From assembly GCA_033442325.1 (NCBI GenBank), contig JAWQFM010000008.1:310001-374000 (forward strand): a DNA stretch of 64,000 nucleotides, given 5' to 3'. The position numbers and the translations under genes were made by a program. Below, piece by piece: positions 16,556 to 28,837 of this stretch; position 1 is the stretch's first letter, and each line of letters starts with the position of its first letter. Origin of the DNA: Salpingoeca rosetta. Taxonomy: Eukaryota; Protista; Choanoflagellata. The notes under the pieces were generated by a model. The model ran no database searches. It saw only the letters and a program-made list of their open reading frames with translations, and was not told the origin of the DNA.

Positions 16556-17487
16556 ATGCCACCACGCTTTCAGAAATTGGGAACAGAACGTGGCGAGAGG
16601 AGGGGATCCCTGAGCTTGATTCTTGTTGAGAACGACGAGAAAAGGCACTCGTATCTTGATGCCGATGCATGTGGCGTGTGCCACATTTGGAGTGGAGTTC
16701 CTCGCTTCATATGCGTGTGTGTGTGCGCGCCGCTGCTGAAACCTGGCTCATCCACATGCTCAAATTCCCTTCCACAACAACCAACACGCGGATGTGTGCA
16801 CCACGTTTCAGGGCTTGAGTCGCTCCTCAACAGATTTCCAGGCCCCAGGCGGGTTGCGAGGAGAGCTGTCCGTCACCATCATCGCTGCTGATGGGCTCCC
16901 GACCTCCAGCGGATCATCGTCCCCATACGACCCATACTGCGTCGTCCACATCGTCTCTCCAGGAGGCGGCCGATCGAAGGTATGGGCAGCACTGGGGGCC
17001 GTGTATCTACACACACACACACACGAGCACGGCCAACACATGTAGATGCTGCCAGTACAAGAGGAACTTATGGCCATGTTCACATGCAAGTGGATGCCGG
17101 ACTGCGTGTCCGTTTGTGTCTTCCTCGGTTCGGTGAACCTTGTGTGTCTTCGCTGGCAACGCTGACACGTGTGTGTGTGCGTGTGTGTGTGCGTGTGTGC
17201 GTGTGTCACAGGGATTCAAGACTGGTGTGAGGAAGCGGACAGCGTCGCCGCAGTGGCATGAAGACCTCGATTTGCCAGACGTTGAGAGTGGGGAAGCACT
17301 GGAACTCAGTGGTAAGAACAATGGTGGCAGTGCTCATGTACACGCCCACACGTGTTTGCATTCAAGCGCGGCAGAGAGGGCGACACAAGTGTTTGCCGTC
17401 TTTGATCTACCACCGCATCACTTGCACACCACGCTCTACGTACGCACGTGCTTACTCCGTGCTGTGTGATGCATCAATTCGCATCGT

Positions 17488-17535
<48 letters not shown>

Positions 17536-19409
17536 TTCTTCAAACGCTGCTGTGCCGGGCTGCGCGCTTGACGCCACCAGTGAGGCATTGGAGCCGACTG
17601 GGGAAGACGAAAACGATCGCCCGGGCTGTGGTGGACATGCACACACTCATTGATGGTGAGGCACACTACATGACGCTCGAGCTCTCCCCAAAAGGTGCGA
17701 CCATGCGTGTGTGTGTGTGTGCGTGTGTGTGTGTGTGCGTGTGTGTGTGTGCGTGTGTGTGTGTGCGTGTGTGCTGTCTTTCTGCTTCGCAATGAACTAG
17801 GTCTCCTTTCGGCGGCGTCCGGTCTCTCACCACTGCTTTCTTCCTTCCACACCACCTGTCCACCTGTCTACCCGTCATGGTGTGCACAGGGCGACTGCAC
17901 CTGTGCATCACCTTCCTGGACATGTCTTCGCTCTTTGGACTGCCCATCGAAGACGTCTGCAGGCGAGAAGGTGCGCCGCGCGTATGCGAACAGCGCGCAC
18001 GCGTGTCTGGATATGTGTGGGTGTGTACTTGTTTGTGTCCGTGTGTGTACTTTTTTGCGTACGTGGATGCAAATGTTGACACGCGTGAACAACAATCCTC
18101 AATCCACTCGGCCCCTCCTCTTCACGTGTTGTTTCTTCGTGCCACCAGGCCGCTCGATCCCGAAGATAGTGACACGTTGCGTCAAGGAGATTGAGGAGAG
18201 AGGACTCGAGGTCCGTTGGCCATGTGTGTGCTTGTGTGTGCTTGTGTGTGTGTATGCTTGTGTGTGTGTGTGTGCGTGTGCGCGTGTGTGGGTTTAGAGC
18301 AGCGGTTGTGTTAGAATTGCAACCCCACACGACTACGTGCTCAGCTTATCCACACCCAGCATGACATGAATTTCGTTCACACGCGTATGCTGTGTTTGTG
18401 TTGTCACACATACACGCACAAGTACACACACTCACTCACTCACACACACTAACACACACGCTCACACTCACACACACGCTCGCTCTCTCTCTCTCTCTCT
18501 CTGCACAGGAGTTGGGGCTGTATCGTGTGGCGGGAAACGCGCGCATTCTACGGCACTTGAAGGAGCAGTTTAATGACGACCCACAGACAGCATGTGTACG
18601 TGAACCACCTTCGTCGCTTGGCTGTGACCACGCTGCTGCCGTTGATCAAGGGAAAGGGGGTAGGGAGAAGTGTTGAAGTGACAACAGACCGCGAGGATTG
18701 TGGCAGTGGCTATGTACGACGGCTCAACACATTTCTTCGTGTATTTGTATACACACACACGTGCATACACACACGCTCACACCCACGCCTACACACACGC
18801 GCGCTTACACACACGCTTATACACACGCTTACACGCACACACGCACCGAGCTCTACCGTACTCTCATTCTGCTCTCCTCTTCACATGTGCACGCAGTTGG
18901 ACGGGGACGCTGTGCCAAATGTGAGCACAGTTGCGTCGCTGCTCAAAGCGTATCTTCGCGAGCTGCCCGAGCCGCTATTCACGTCAGACTTGTATCCCAT
19001 GTTCATGGAGGCAGCAGGGAAGCAGGTCACACACGCCGCACGCCTCCGTTTCCTACAAGGTCGGGCACCAGCAGCAGCTGCTGTTGCACGTGTGGGTGTC
19101 TATGTATGTGTGCTGTTGTATTTGCATTTGTGTGGTTTTGTGTGTGCACTTGTGCGCGCATTTGTGAGCGCAGTTGTGTGGGCCAGAGGGAGCAAGAAGA
19201 CAACGTCGGCGCGTGTCGTTGCGTTAACGCCCATGGTCAAATGAATGTGGGATAGGAACGATTATGGCACTTCCAAAGGCAAACTATGACACAGCCGTGT
19301 ACCTGTTGGACCACTGGACACATGTACTGTCGTTTTCCGGCGCCAACAAGATGACGTCTCCAAGTCTCGCCACGTGTCTTGGCCCTTCGCTCTTCACCCC
19401 AGCAGAGGT

Positions 19410-19496
<87 letters not shown>

Positions 19497-21664
19497 TGCG
19501 TGCGTGTGTGCGTGCGTGTCACTGTGCGCGTGTTGCATGAGTGTATGCGTGCACATGAAATGCGCGTGGCACTGTGTCCACGCGGAGCAACACACGACGG
19601 TTGCCCAGACCCATGTAGCATGCCCGCGTGTTGTTGCTCTGCTGCACAGACGGACGAGCGGGCAATGGAGGCGTACAGCGTCGAGCGGCAAAACGCCGTC
19701 ACACAAGTGCGGTCCAGTTGCAAACACATGTCTTGCACGTGTGTATGTGTGTGTGTGTGTTGTGCATGTTTGAGCTTGGACGATGCGCGTCGCACAACTT
19801 CACACCGATTCCACACTCATTATTAGCATGGCCATCATCACTCGCATCGTGTTGTGTTGCTCATTTCTTTGTGTATTTGTGTGCATGTCTGCGTGCATGC
19901 ATGTGCGTATGCATTGTGTGTGCAGTATCTATTGGACCACTGGGCGGAGCTGCGCCAGGAACTGACACCGCCAGACATCCCGCCCGAGGACTGCATCGAC
20001 GTCTTCCTCAAGGTGCACACTCACCTGTCGTGGTGGTGCGGGAGGGGGGAGGGGAGGGAGAAGGAAGAGAGTGACGTGGGCGCAGCCTCACCGTGTGTCG
20101 CTGGCTGCTCGGGCCGTCTGCTACCGTGTGTCGCTGGCTGCTCGGGCCGTCTGCTACCGTGTGTTGCTGGCTGCTCGGGCCGTCCGCCACCGTGGTTGCT
20201 TGGCTGCGTCTAGTTGTTGATGGTATATCCCTCTCACATCCACATCAACGCCCATCTTGCATCCTTGCAGTCGCCGCCACGATTACCGGTGCCGACGATC
20301 ACTCACGACACAGGTGCATGTGAAACACACTGCCCATGTACTCATGAGCATGTGCATGTACATGTGTGCGTGTGCCATGTACATGTGTGCGTGTGTATAC
20401 ACTGCTTGTTGATCTGCCACACCCTCTGACCCTCGCCCCTTTCTCTGACTGCCGGTGTCCGTCGCATTAGATGGAACGGATTTGGAGGGACCGCTCATAT
20501 CGCCAACCGAGGAGCTGTCCAGGAAAGCACTCGAGGTGGGGTGCGTGTGCGCGTAAATCGTGTTTATGAATGTGCGTGGGTGTAGTGGATGCGCGTGGGC
20601 GGGGGTGTTTTCGTGTGCGCGCACATCACGTGAACTTACACCCTCTACTCCGCCACCGTCTTGCTGTCGTTCTTCGCCCCTTACAAATGCTCATAACGAT
20701 GGTGTGCTGCGATGGTGCACCGCTTGGATTGGCAGCTGCGGCAGTCCCACGGCGGTGACGTTGCTTCAGTCCTTGAATTCATGGGCATTGATCCCGACAG
20801 CGACGCAGATCCGCTGAGCAGCAGCGAGTACGTTGAGGCCTGCTTGCCTTGTTCCTGCCAAGAGTGCGGGCGGTTGTGGTGGTGATGACATGGCAATGGT
20901 TGCGGTGGTGCTGATGGTGATGATGGTGGCGGGTAATGATGATGGACGTCATGGTTGCTGTTGATCTTCGGATTCGTGATGGCAATGTGTGCTGTGCTCA
21001 CCATGACCCGTGTCTCATCCCAACCCGCTCTCCTTTCAATCGTCAATTGCGTTCTCAGGATGTCTGCCGACAGTCTAACGCAGATGTTGCGCAAGAGCAT
21101 GATGCGCGAATCCATGTCAACAGCGCGATGCAGATCGATGGCACAGGTGCAATGCATGCGCGTATGCTGTGTGTGTATGTGTGCATGTTTGTGTGCTATG
21201 TGTGTGTGCATGTGTGCGTGTGTGGTGGTGTGTTTTGTTGGTGTTACTGGTCTGTGCCAGGAACCTCGTTTTGTTGTTCCCACTTCAAGCTGCTCGTGAA
21301 CACATACGCACACGCACACACACACTCTCTCTCTACTTCTTCGCAACACTCACGCACCCACGCACTCGTATCTCCACTCGTATCTCCTGCTATGCTTTGC
21401 GTGTTGACACAACAGCAACGGCGGTCGCGAAAATCACCTGCGCCCGTACACGCGCACGTGCAGATGGGCAACGCTCTCTTTGGCACACACGCAGACACAC
21501 AGGTGCTGCGAATATGCCATATGGCTAGGGTCGTCATGCTCCTGTGTCAATTATTAGTTTGCAGCCGCCACATATTCGTTCACACGTGTACACTGATTCA
21601 CACGCATTTACACACATGCACATGCATTTACACACATGCATACGCATTTACACACATGCGCGCA

Positions 21665-21735
<71 letters not shown>

Positions 21736-22267
21736 CCGGAGCATCTCACGGCGAGGGAGTTTCGGGAGCTGTGCTATGAGCTCGGCCTCTTCATCGCCAA
21801 TGATGACATCTTCCTCAGTGTGGTGCGTGTGTGTATGTGTGTGCGGCATTGGGGGGACACATGCTTGCGCCAACACACCTGCCAGCAATGTCTCGTGCTG
21901 ACCTGTGACCCAACCACACGAACATATGCGAATAATGATATGCATCATGCAACCACAATGCAAACCGGGGGATGACGTCACAGGCGAATCAGCAGCGGTA
22001 CATGTCCCGCAAGCAGTTTGTTGCGTGGTGGCGGTCTGAGGGGGCGTTTCTCAACGCCGTCTACGCAACCAAATCACGCCGCCGCCTCTTCACACAGGCC
22101 GTCGCGTACTTCCAGGTAACTGTGCCCGACCTCGCTGGTTGCGTGCTCCGTGTGTGTATGTTGTGTGTATGATGGCGTGGTGGGTGCGTACCACGATGTA
22201 CACGTGTACATGGAGATATTCGGCGTTGTGGAAAGCGTGCGTCATGTTGACGTGCAACTCTGCGTGG

Positions 22268-22317
<50 letters not shown>

Positions 22318-22839
22318 CAGTTCTACGACGTGCAGCGAGCAGGCGTCTTGGATGGCCCGAGCTTCAAGCTGCTACACCTGGATCTAGTTGGCCATTCCTA
22401 CGCCAACGTGCACCCAGACCCGGCCGTCTGTTACTGCCAGCTCAAGCAAATTCGCCCCGCAGATCCGTACGTGTGTGTGCGTGCGTGTTCGGGAAGTGGG
22501 CTGGAGGGGGGGGGGTGGTATTGCATTTGCTACGGGTTTTATCGGATGGGAACATCAGTCTCAGCCACTTCCATGCATCGTTCTCACTCCCTCCCTCATA
22601 ATATTGCACACACACACACATCACACACATACCACACACACACATATCACACACATACTCACATACACACGTCACATCTGCCCATTGCGTGGTACAGAAT
22701 CCCAAAGCCCTGGTCATGCTCTTTCAATGAGTTTGTTGCTTGGCTGTTGAGGATTGATGCGTTGTCGGAAGGCGACACAACGCTCCACACCAGTCAAACC
22801 CCGTCTGTAACATCTGTGCCCGCTTATGGCGAGGTTTAG
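16556..22839 (+). CDS. C2 domain + RhoGAP protein with a C-terminal EF-hand-like region (start approximate)
   Basis: C2: GELSVTIIAADGL...DPYCVV...FKTGVRKRTASPQWHE. RhoGAP: LFGLPIEDV, IPKIVTRCVKEIEERGL, GLYRVAG (arginine finger), VASLLKAYLRELPEPLFT, NKMTSPSLATCLGPSLF. Further in-frame GT-AG exons continue to FYDVQRAGVLDGPSF and SFNEFVAWL...AYGEV*. Confidence 0.8.
20090..20194. repeat. 33-bp tandem repeat x3 (ACCGTGTGTCGCTGGCTGCTCGGGCCGTCTGCT) in a RhoGAP intron
   Basis: Three near-identical head-to-tail copies with no spacers. Confidence 0.92.
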
Positions 22840-23636
22840 TCACAATAGCATGCTGCCCATGCATTTCGTTCTCCGCTTTTGTATTTCTCCTGCTCCTGTC
22901 TCTCAACGCCACTGCCTATGCTGCTTACTTGTCTGCTTCCCTGCTTGAATCATCGCTTCCTCGCCTTGTGCGTGTGTGGTCGATTACGGCGTTTANNNNN
23001 NNNNNNNNNNNNNNNNNNNNNNNNNNNNNNNNNNNNNNNNNNNNNNNNNNNNNNNNNNNNNNNNNNNNNNNNNNNNNNNNNNNNNNNNNNNNNNNTGAAA
23101 TGAAACGCCAAATGTCAAAGCAAAGGAAAGGAGGGGGAAGAGGGGAGCTGAAGGAAATAAAAGGGATCACACACTGAGGACAACTCGCAAAAGCAAGAGT
23201 AGAGGGAGAGAGGAGTATCAACACGCCAGTGCGATAGCTGCTGGTGAGACAGCACAGCAGCAGCAGGCGCGGCAAGCACACAAGACAAGTGTGCAGGCCG
23301 CAACAGCACTGGCGCGAAGCCGACATCGAAAAAATATGGCAGTCAATGTTGCGCACGTTTGACCCCCGAAGCTTATGTGACAAGAAAACGCAACGGGCAA
23401 CACTAGTGCGCGTGATTTAGGGGGGAGGGGGAAGAGGGAAAGGAGGGGAAGGGACAAGAGCAAGGAGCGAGGGGAGGGGGAAGGAAGGGAAGGAAGAGGA
23501 GGAACGACGAGAAGGAGGGGAGAGAAGGAAAAGGAGGAGAAAAGAGAAGAAGAGGAGGAGAAAAGGCAACGTCATTCGACGCACATGTAAATACACAAGC
23601 ACACAAACACACACACGCAAGCACAGAGACACGTAC

Positions 23637-25630
23637 TTTTGTTGCTTGCGCTTCTTCTTGTCCTTTGCCAGCTTTGCTGCCTTCTTGTACAGCTTGAGTG
23701 CCGCCTTGTTGAGGGCGGCTTCGTCCAGATCCTGTCCTCCCTCCTCGTCCTCGTCCTCCTCCTCCTCTGCGCTCTCTTCCTCTGCCAGCATCGCCTCTGC
23801 CGCTGTTGCGGGCACGGGTTCCTCCTCCGCGTCCTCGTCCCCGGATATGACGCGTGCCAGCCGCTCGTCGATGGCTGCCGACGACGTCGCCTCCAGACCC
23901 GTCCGCAGCGTGCTGCACGCCGTGTAGCTCGGGTGCGACTGCCGCAGCGTGCCCTTGGCCTGCGCATAGATGAGGTACAGCACGTTGGTTGTGTAGGCCG
24001 TGGCCAGCTTGTACTGGAAAACCACGTACTCTGCCCACTGCGGCAACTCGGCCGCCTTGGACAGCTTCTGTATCCGCTGATGCAGTGGCTCAAGCACCTC
24101 CCGTAATCGCACAACCTGGCGCAACAAGGGGGTTGGGAGTCTTGGGGTGAGAATAATGTGCAGGGAGGCAGCGAGCATGGTCAATGTAGGGGTGATGTGT
24201 TACAAGTGGGAAAGGAGAGGGGGGGGGGGGAAGAGAGAAAGGAGGGAGGGAGGAAGACAACAGCAACGCTCAAAAACCGCTGAAAGGCGCATGCCCGTGC
24301 AAGACCACAGCCAACGCACACCACACACACACACGCACACCACACTACACACACACACGCACGCGCACGCACGCGCACGCACACACACACACGCACGCGC
24401 ACGCGCACGCACACCGGACACACACGCTGTACCTGCTGCTGCATGAATGCAGTGTGTCTGGCGAGCTCGGGAAGAGCCTTGCGCAGCATCTTCATGCGCT
24501 GCTTCTGTGTGAGTTGGGAGAGGTCGCGTTCCACGGTGACGGGCTGGTCGTCCAGCGCTTCCAGCGGATGCGCGCCTTGTTGCTGCTGCTGCTGCTGTTG
24601 TGCTGCCACGCCGGTCTCCTTGACAGCTGCAGGCAGAAGCGCATCAAAGTCGCCCTCGTCCATTGCCTCGGCTTGCTGCTTCTGCAGTCGCAGGGCCTCC
24701 ACTTCCTCGTCTTTCGCCTCCTGCAGCTCCTCGTCGTTGTGCTTGAAGTCGTGGTCCACGTAGTTGGTGCCGTAGAACACCTGCTTGTTCGACCCCCAGC
24801 GGTTCAGAAACGCCTCCTGCTTCGCCTCGGCGTTCTTGCGGTCCACAATGTCGCCGTGTTGGTTGTACCCCGCCATCTTGTTGATGTAGTCCATGTTGCT
24901 TGGCAGAAGCAGGTCTTCCCCCATTTCGCGCAGCATGGCCAGATCCACGCGAGCGCGGCCGTCACTGTCATCCTCGTCGTCGCCAGCAGCAGCATCACCA
25001 TCATCATCCTCATCGCGCCCGCCAAAGTCGTAGTCATCTGCAGCAGCATCGTCCTCATCCTCGTCATCGCCTTCGTCGTAGTGGTCCAGGCCCAGCACGG
25101 CCATGGTATCGTCGTCATCCTCATCACTCGAGGCACTCGAGGCATTGCGTTCACCGGGGTCCTGATGGTGGTAAATGAGAACAAGATTGCGTGTGCGTGT
25201 GTGCGTTGCGTGGGTGTGTGTGTGTGCGGTGCGTGTGAGAGACAGTGACACAGTGTGAGAGAGAGTGTGTGTGATAGGGGCGAGCAAGTGTCTCACACGA
25301 GCATTCAGGATCAAGGCACAGACGTGCACAGCGCCAGTGCAAGTGGTCGTCACCACGCAAGCCCACAGCACCACACCTTTTCTCTTAGTGCCTGGTAGTC
25401 GAGGACATCTGTGCGCACGAGATCGTCCTCGTCGTGCTGTCGGCACACAAAAAGAAGTGTGAGTTGCAGAAGCGAGATTGCATCGCATCATGTCACCAAA
25501 AGCACAGCATGCACAATGACGACCGCGCAGTGCGTGGAACGTCACACCAAGTCACCAAGTGCTTGTGTGTCCACTCACCGCATCGCCAAACACACACACA
25601 CACATTCACACACACACACCCACACACACA

Positions 25631-25698
<68 letters not shown>

Positions 25699-25810
25699 AA
25701 GTGTGTCCACTCACCGCATCGCCAAACACGCGGCCATACACTGGCTCTTGTTCCTCTGCATCCGCGTTTCCTCCTCTTGACGCGGCTGCGCCCTTGCCTC
25801 GCCGGCCCAT
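23637..25810 (-). CDS. UTP3: U3 snoRNP/SSU processome protein UTP3/SAS10 (C-terminal exons not visible, probably in the adjacent gap)
   Basis: MGRRGKG start, acidic tract, WGSNKQVFYGTNY, EEVEALRLQKQQAEAMDEGDF, VERDLSQLTQKQRMKMLRKALPEL, YKLATAYTTNVLYLIYAQAKG...HP (Sas10/Utp3/C1D region). Confidence 0.85.
25554..25730. repeat. Duplicated ~30-bp segment (GTGTGTCCACTCACCGCATCGCCAAACAC) flanking a (CA)n tract
   Basis: Copies at about 25565-25593 and 25701-25729. Confidence 0.85.
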
Positions 25811-25957
25811 CTCGCTTGCCTTGCCTTGCCTCTTGGAAAAACCACGTGCACACCAACAGGAGAAAATGAAAACGGGCGGAACGGTGCATTTTGAAGGGCG
25901 TATGAAGTGCTGACTCAGCAAAAGCACAACAAAAGCAAACAGCAAGCAGCGGCGGAG

Positions 25958-26659
25958 ATGGACAAGTTGAGCGACAAGCAGCTGCGGGATGGCAAGCTCA
26001 TGTTTGCGCACTACGACACAGATCACGATGGCAAGCTGAGCCTGGAGGAGGCAAAGGAGGCCCTGGTTGCTCTTGGCGTCACAGTCGACGTGAGTTGCGT
26101 GTGCTCTTGTGCGTGCTCTTGTGTGTGTGTTGTGTTTGTGTGTGTGTCTGTGTGTTGTGTGTGTGTGTCTGTGTGTTGTGTTTGTGTGTGTGTGTGTTGT
26201 GTTGTGTGTGTGTGTGTGTTGTGGATGTGTGTGTGTGTGTGTTGTGGATGTGTTTGTGTGTGTGTGTGTGTGTGTTGTGGATGTGTTAACATGTATTTGT
26301 TGTGCATGTAGCTGTTGCTTGGACGTGTCTCACAACGCGTGTCTCTCCCCTGTGTCCCCCCTCTCCCCCTTTGCTGCGTGTCTGCACACCACTGGCGGTG
26401 GCACTGGTGGTGGATCTCACAGAACATTCACAGGTTTGACCTGCGCAAGACAGGAACGCTTGAGCTGGGTCCATTCCTGCGCGCCGTCGCTCAGGGCTTC
26501 GAGGTGTGCCTGTGTATTGTGTGTTGTGCGTGTGCGTGTGTGTGTGTTGTGTGTGTGTGTGATTGCTGGGCCGCATGCGTGCTATTGCAATGCACTCTGT
26601 CCATACTCATCTTTTTTCTTTGTCCGTGTTGGTTGATAATAATTCATGTCATCACGGTA

Positions 26660-26706
<47 letters not shown>

Positions 26707-27023
26707 GCACACTCGCACACTGACTCTCTCCCTCTCTCTCTCTCTCACACACACACACACTCGCACTCAGACAACAGAGTTGACAGGGTCACATTTGAAG
26801 CTTGCGTTTGCTGATTGGGACACCAGTGGAGAAGGGTACATCACGCCGAAGCAGATCAAGCACCTCATGCAACAGGGAGGCTACCCGCCGGGCATCACAG
26901 AGGCCGACATCAACGAGCTTATCCAGGTCGCAGACGACAACGGCGACGGCAAGCTCAGCTTACAAGAGTACGTGTGCAGTGCGTGTGCGATGAATAGAAG
27001 GGGAGAGAGAGAGTGTGTGTGTT

Positions 27024-27066
<43 letters not shown>

Positions 27067-27242
27067 TGGGTGTGTGTGTGCGTGCATGTGTGTGTGTTGG
27101 TGCGTACATGTGTGTGTGTTGGGGTTGCGCTTATCATTCCCATGTGCGTAGTTCGTTGGCCCGGTTGGCAACCGTGTGGTATTTCACACACACACACACA
27201 CACGTTTACACACACACACGTTTACACACACACACACACGTT

Positions 27243-27276
<34 letters not shown>

Positions 27277-27335
27277 CACACACACACATGTGTGCACTTC
27301 TGGCTTGCAGGATGTCGCAGTTGCTGATGGGCTGA
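25958..27335 (+). CDS. Calmodulin-like four-EF-hand protein
   Basis: Four exons. EF loops [24 protein letters not shown] (degenerate), [12 protein letters not shown] and [12 protein letters not shown]. Ends MSQLLMG*. Confidence 0.88.
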
Positions 27336-27837
27336 AAAATGTGTATCCTGCTTCTCTTGTGTCTTTATTTTGTCCTGTTACACAACATGCACCCTTCCAC
27401 ATTTCAACTACTGTCGTCTTGCGCTTGTCTGTGCTGCCAACCCAACAGCCACAATGCTAGCCTCGTTGGTGCTTGCATTGATGCGATAAATGAATCGAAT
27501 CGAATGGAATCCAACCGACATGAAACAATTGACTTAGACTTGCATGTGGGCGCAGCTCTGTTTTCTGGGGATGTAATGTTGCACGTGCAAGTGAAGGCGA
27601 GCGAAAGGCAATCTTGGGCGGAACAATCAGAGGTACAGAGGAGAAGGAACATTGGCTAAACGTTGGCTTAACACTGGCCTGCAGGCAACAGGGTTGCGAT
27701 TTGAAGAGACGAGAGACGAGAGATGAGGGTTCATGGAGGTAATCAAAACGCAGGCAGTTTGATGGATGGATAGGCCGGGAGAGACAATTGCTTGGCGGTC
27801 TGAGTCAACTGGGTATCCTCTCTTCCTCCTCCATGGC

Positions 27838-28737
27838 TTAACGCACGTACAGCTCCATGTACATGCCTTGAGCAAGTTCGCCACCAAGGAACCCCAGAGA
27901 CGGTTCCTCGACGCTGCGCTCTTCTGAGTTGGGACCGAAGGAACCGAACGAGCCAACATCATCGAGTGGGCAGCCGTTGTTGTGACGGAAGCCCCAAGCA
28001 AATCCACATGTATTTTGGTGTGGACCAACGTCCGAGTCCTTCGGATTGGCAAACATGGTATCACTGCACCGATTGGCGTTCGGTGCAATGTTCTTCTGGG
28101 TAGGTGTGAAAGAAAAGCACCCAGAAGCACATGGAAGCGGTAGTCCCGTGAAGAGAGCCGCCAGGGATTGGCTGCCCAGCGCGTTCTCGTACGCAATCCA
28201 CTCGCCTGTATTTGAGAGGAAGAGGAGATCATTGGCTGGAGCCAGCCAAGCGCGGCCCTTGAAATCGCTGCTACCCTGGGCCTCCCCCAACAGCGCAGCG
28301 TTGTGCCAGAGATCGCACCGATTCCAAGTCCAAGTGTCAATGCCGTCGTTCGCGAACCGTGCCGCGAGCGTCCACGGCTTTGTGGCACCCCCGGCCAGTT
28401 GCGTCTCGCATTTCTCTCCCAGCTGTGCTGCCCTCTCCGGTGCAACTGAGCATACGCGCGAGTGTCCATTGGCAACGCTCCACAGCGCGTCGAGCTGACC
28501 TGTTGTCGTGTCTGTCATCATCTGCTCCTCACGCAGCTGCTGAAGCTCATCCTGCAGCTCGTGAAGCTCCTGTTGCACAGCCTGCACGTCGACCCCATTC
28601 ACCAACACGGGTTGTGTTGGGTCCGTGGTGTTGACGATCAATCTGCCATCGTTGTCCTCCCTCAGTATGGCTCCAGGCACACACGCCAGCCAACAAAGCG
28701 CCAGGACAAGAGTCACCGCAGCAAACATTTTGGTCAT
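27838..28737 (-). CDS. Intronless secreted protein (299 aa): signal peptide, coiled-coil neck, Cys/Trp-rich fibrinogen/intelectin-like C-terminal domain
   Basis: Clean non-repetitive ORF. Hydrophobic N-terminus MTKMFAAVTLVLALCWLACVPGA, heptads VQQELHELQDELQQL, then CETQLAGG...WTLAARF, WHNAALLGEA..SDFKGRAW...DLLF and terminal MELYVR. The domain call comes from motif resemblance only. Confidence 0.75.
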   Translation of the reverse strand: MTKMFAAVTLVLALCWLACVPGAILREDNDGRLIVNTTDPTQPVLVNGVDVQAVQQELHELQDELQQLREEQMMTDTTTGQLDALWSVANGHSRVCSVAPERAAQLGEKCETQLAGGATKPWTLAARFANDGIDTWTWNRCDLWHNAALLGEAQGSSDFKGRAWLAPANDLLFLSNTGEWIAYENALGSQSLAALFTGLPLPCASGCFSFTPTQKNIAPNANRCSDTMFANPKDSDVGPHQNTCGFAWGFRHNNGCPLDDVGSFGSFGPNSEERSVEEPSLGFLGGELAQGMYMELYVR

Positions 28738-28837
28738 CTTGGGTTGCCTGCAGGGAGGTTGCACGAAATTGCACACCATACGTTGCAATTTGCAAACCAC
28801 CACCACCTCCAAGCAACAACAAGCGAAGACAAACCCC

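Noticed and set aside
19297-19943. YLLDHW occurring twice in the RhoGAP
   Set aside because: Both copies fall in ordinary RhoGAP helices with no extended similarity, so probably coincidence.
20090-20194. 33-bp repeats as a CRISPR array
   Set aside because: No spacers, no cas genes, and a eukaryotic intron. This is a simple minisatellite.
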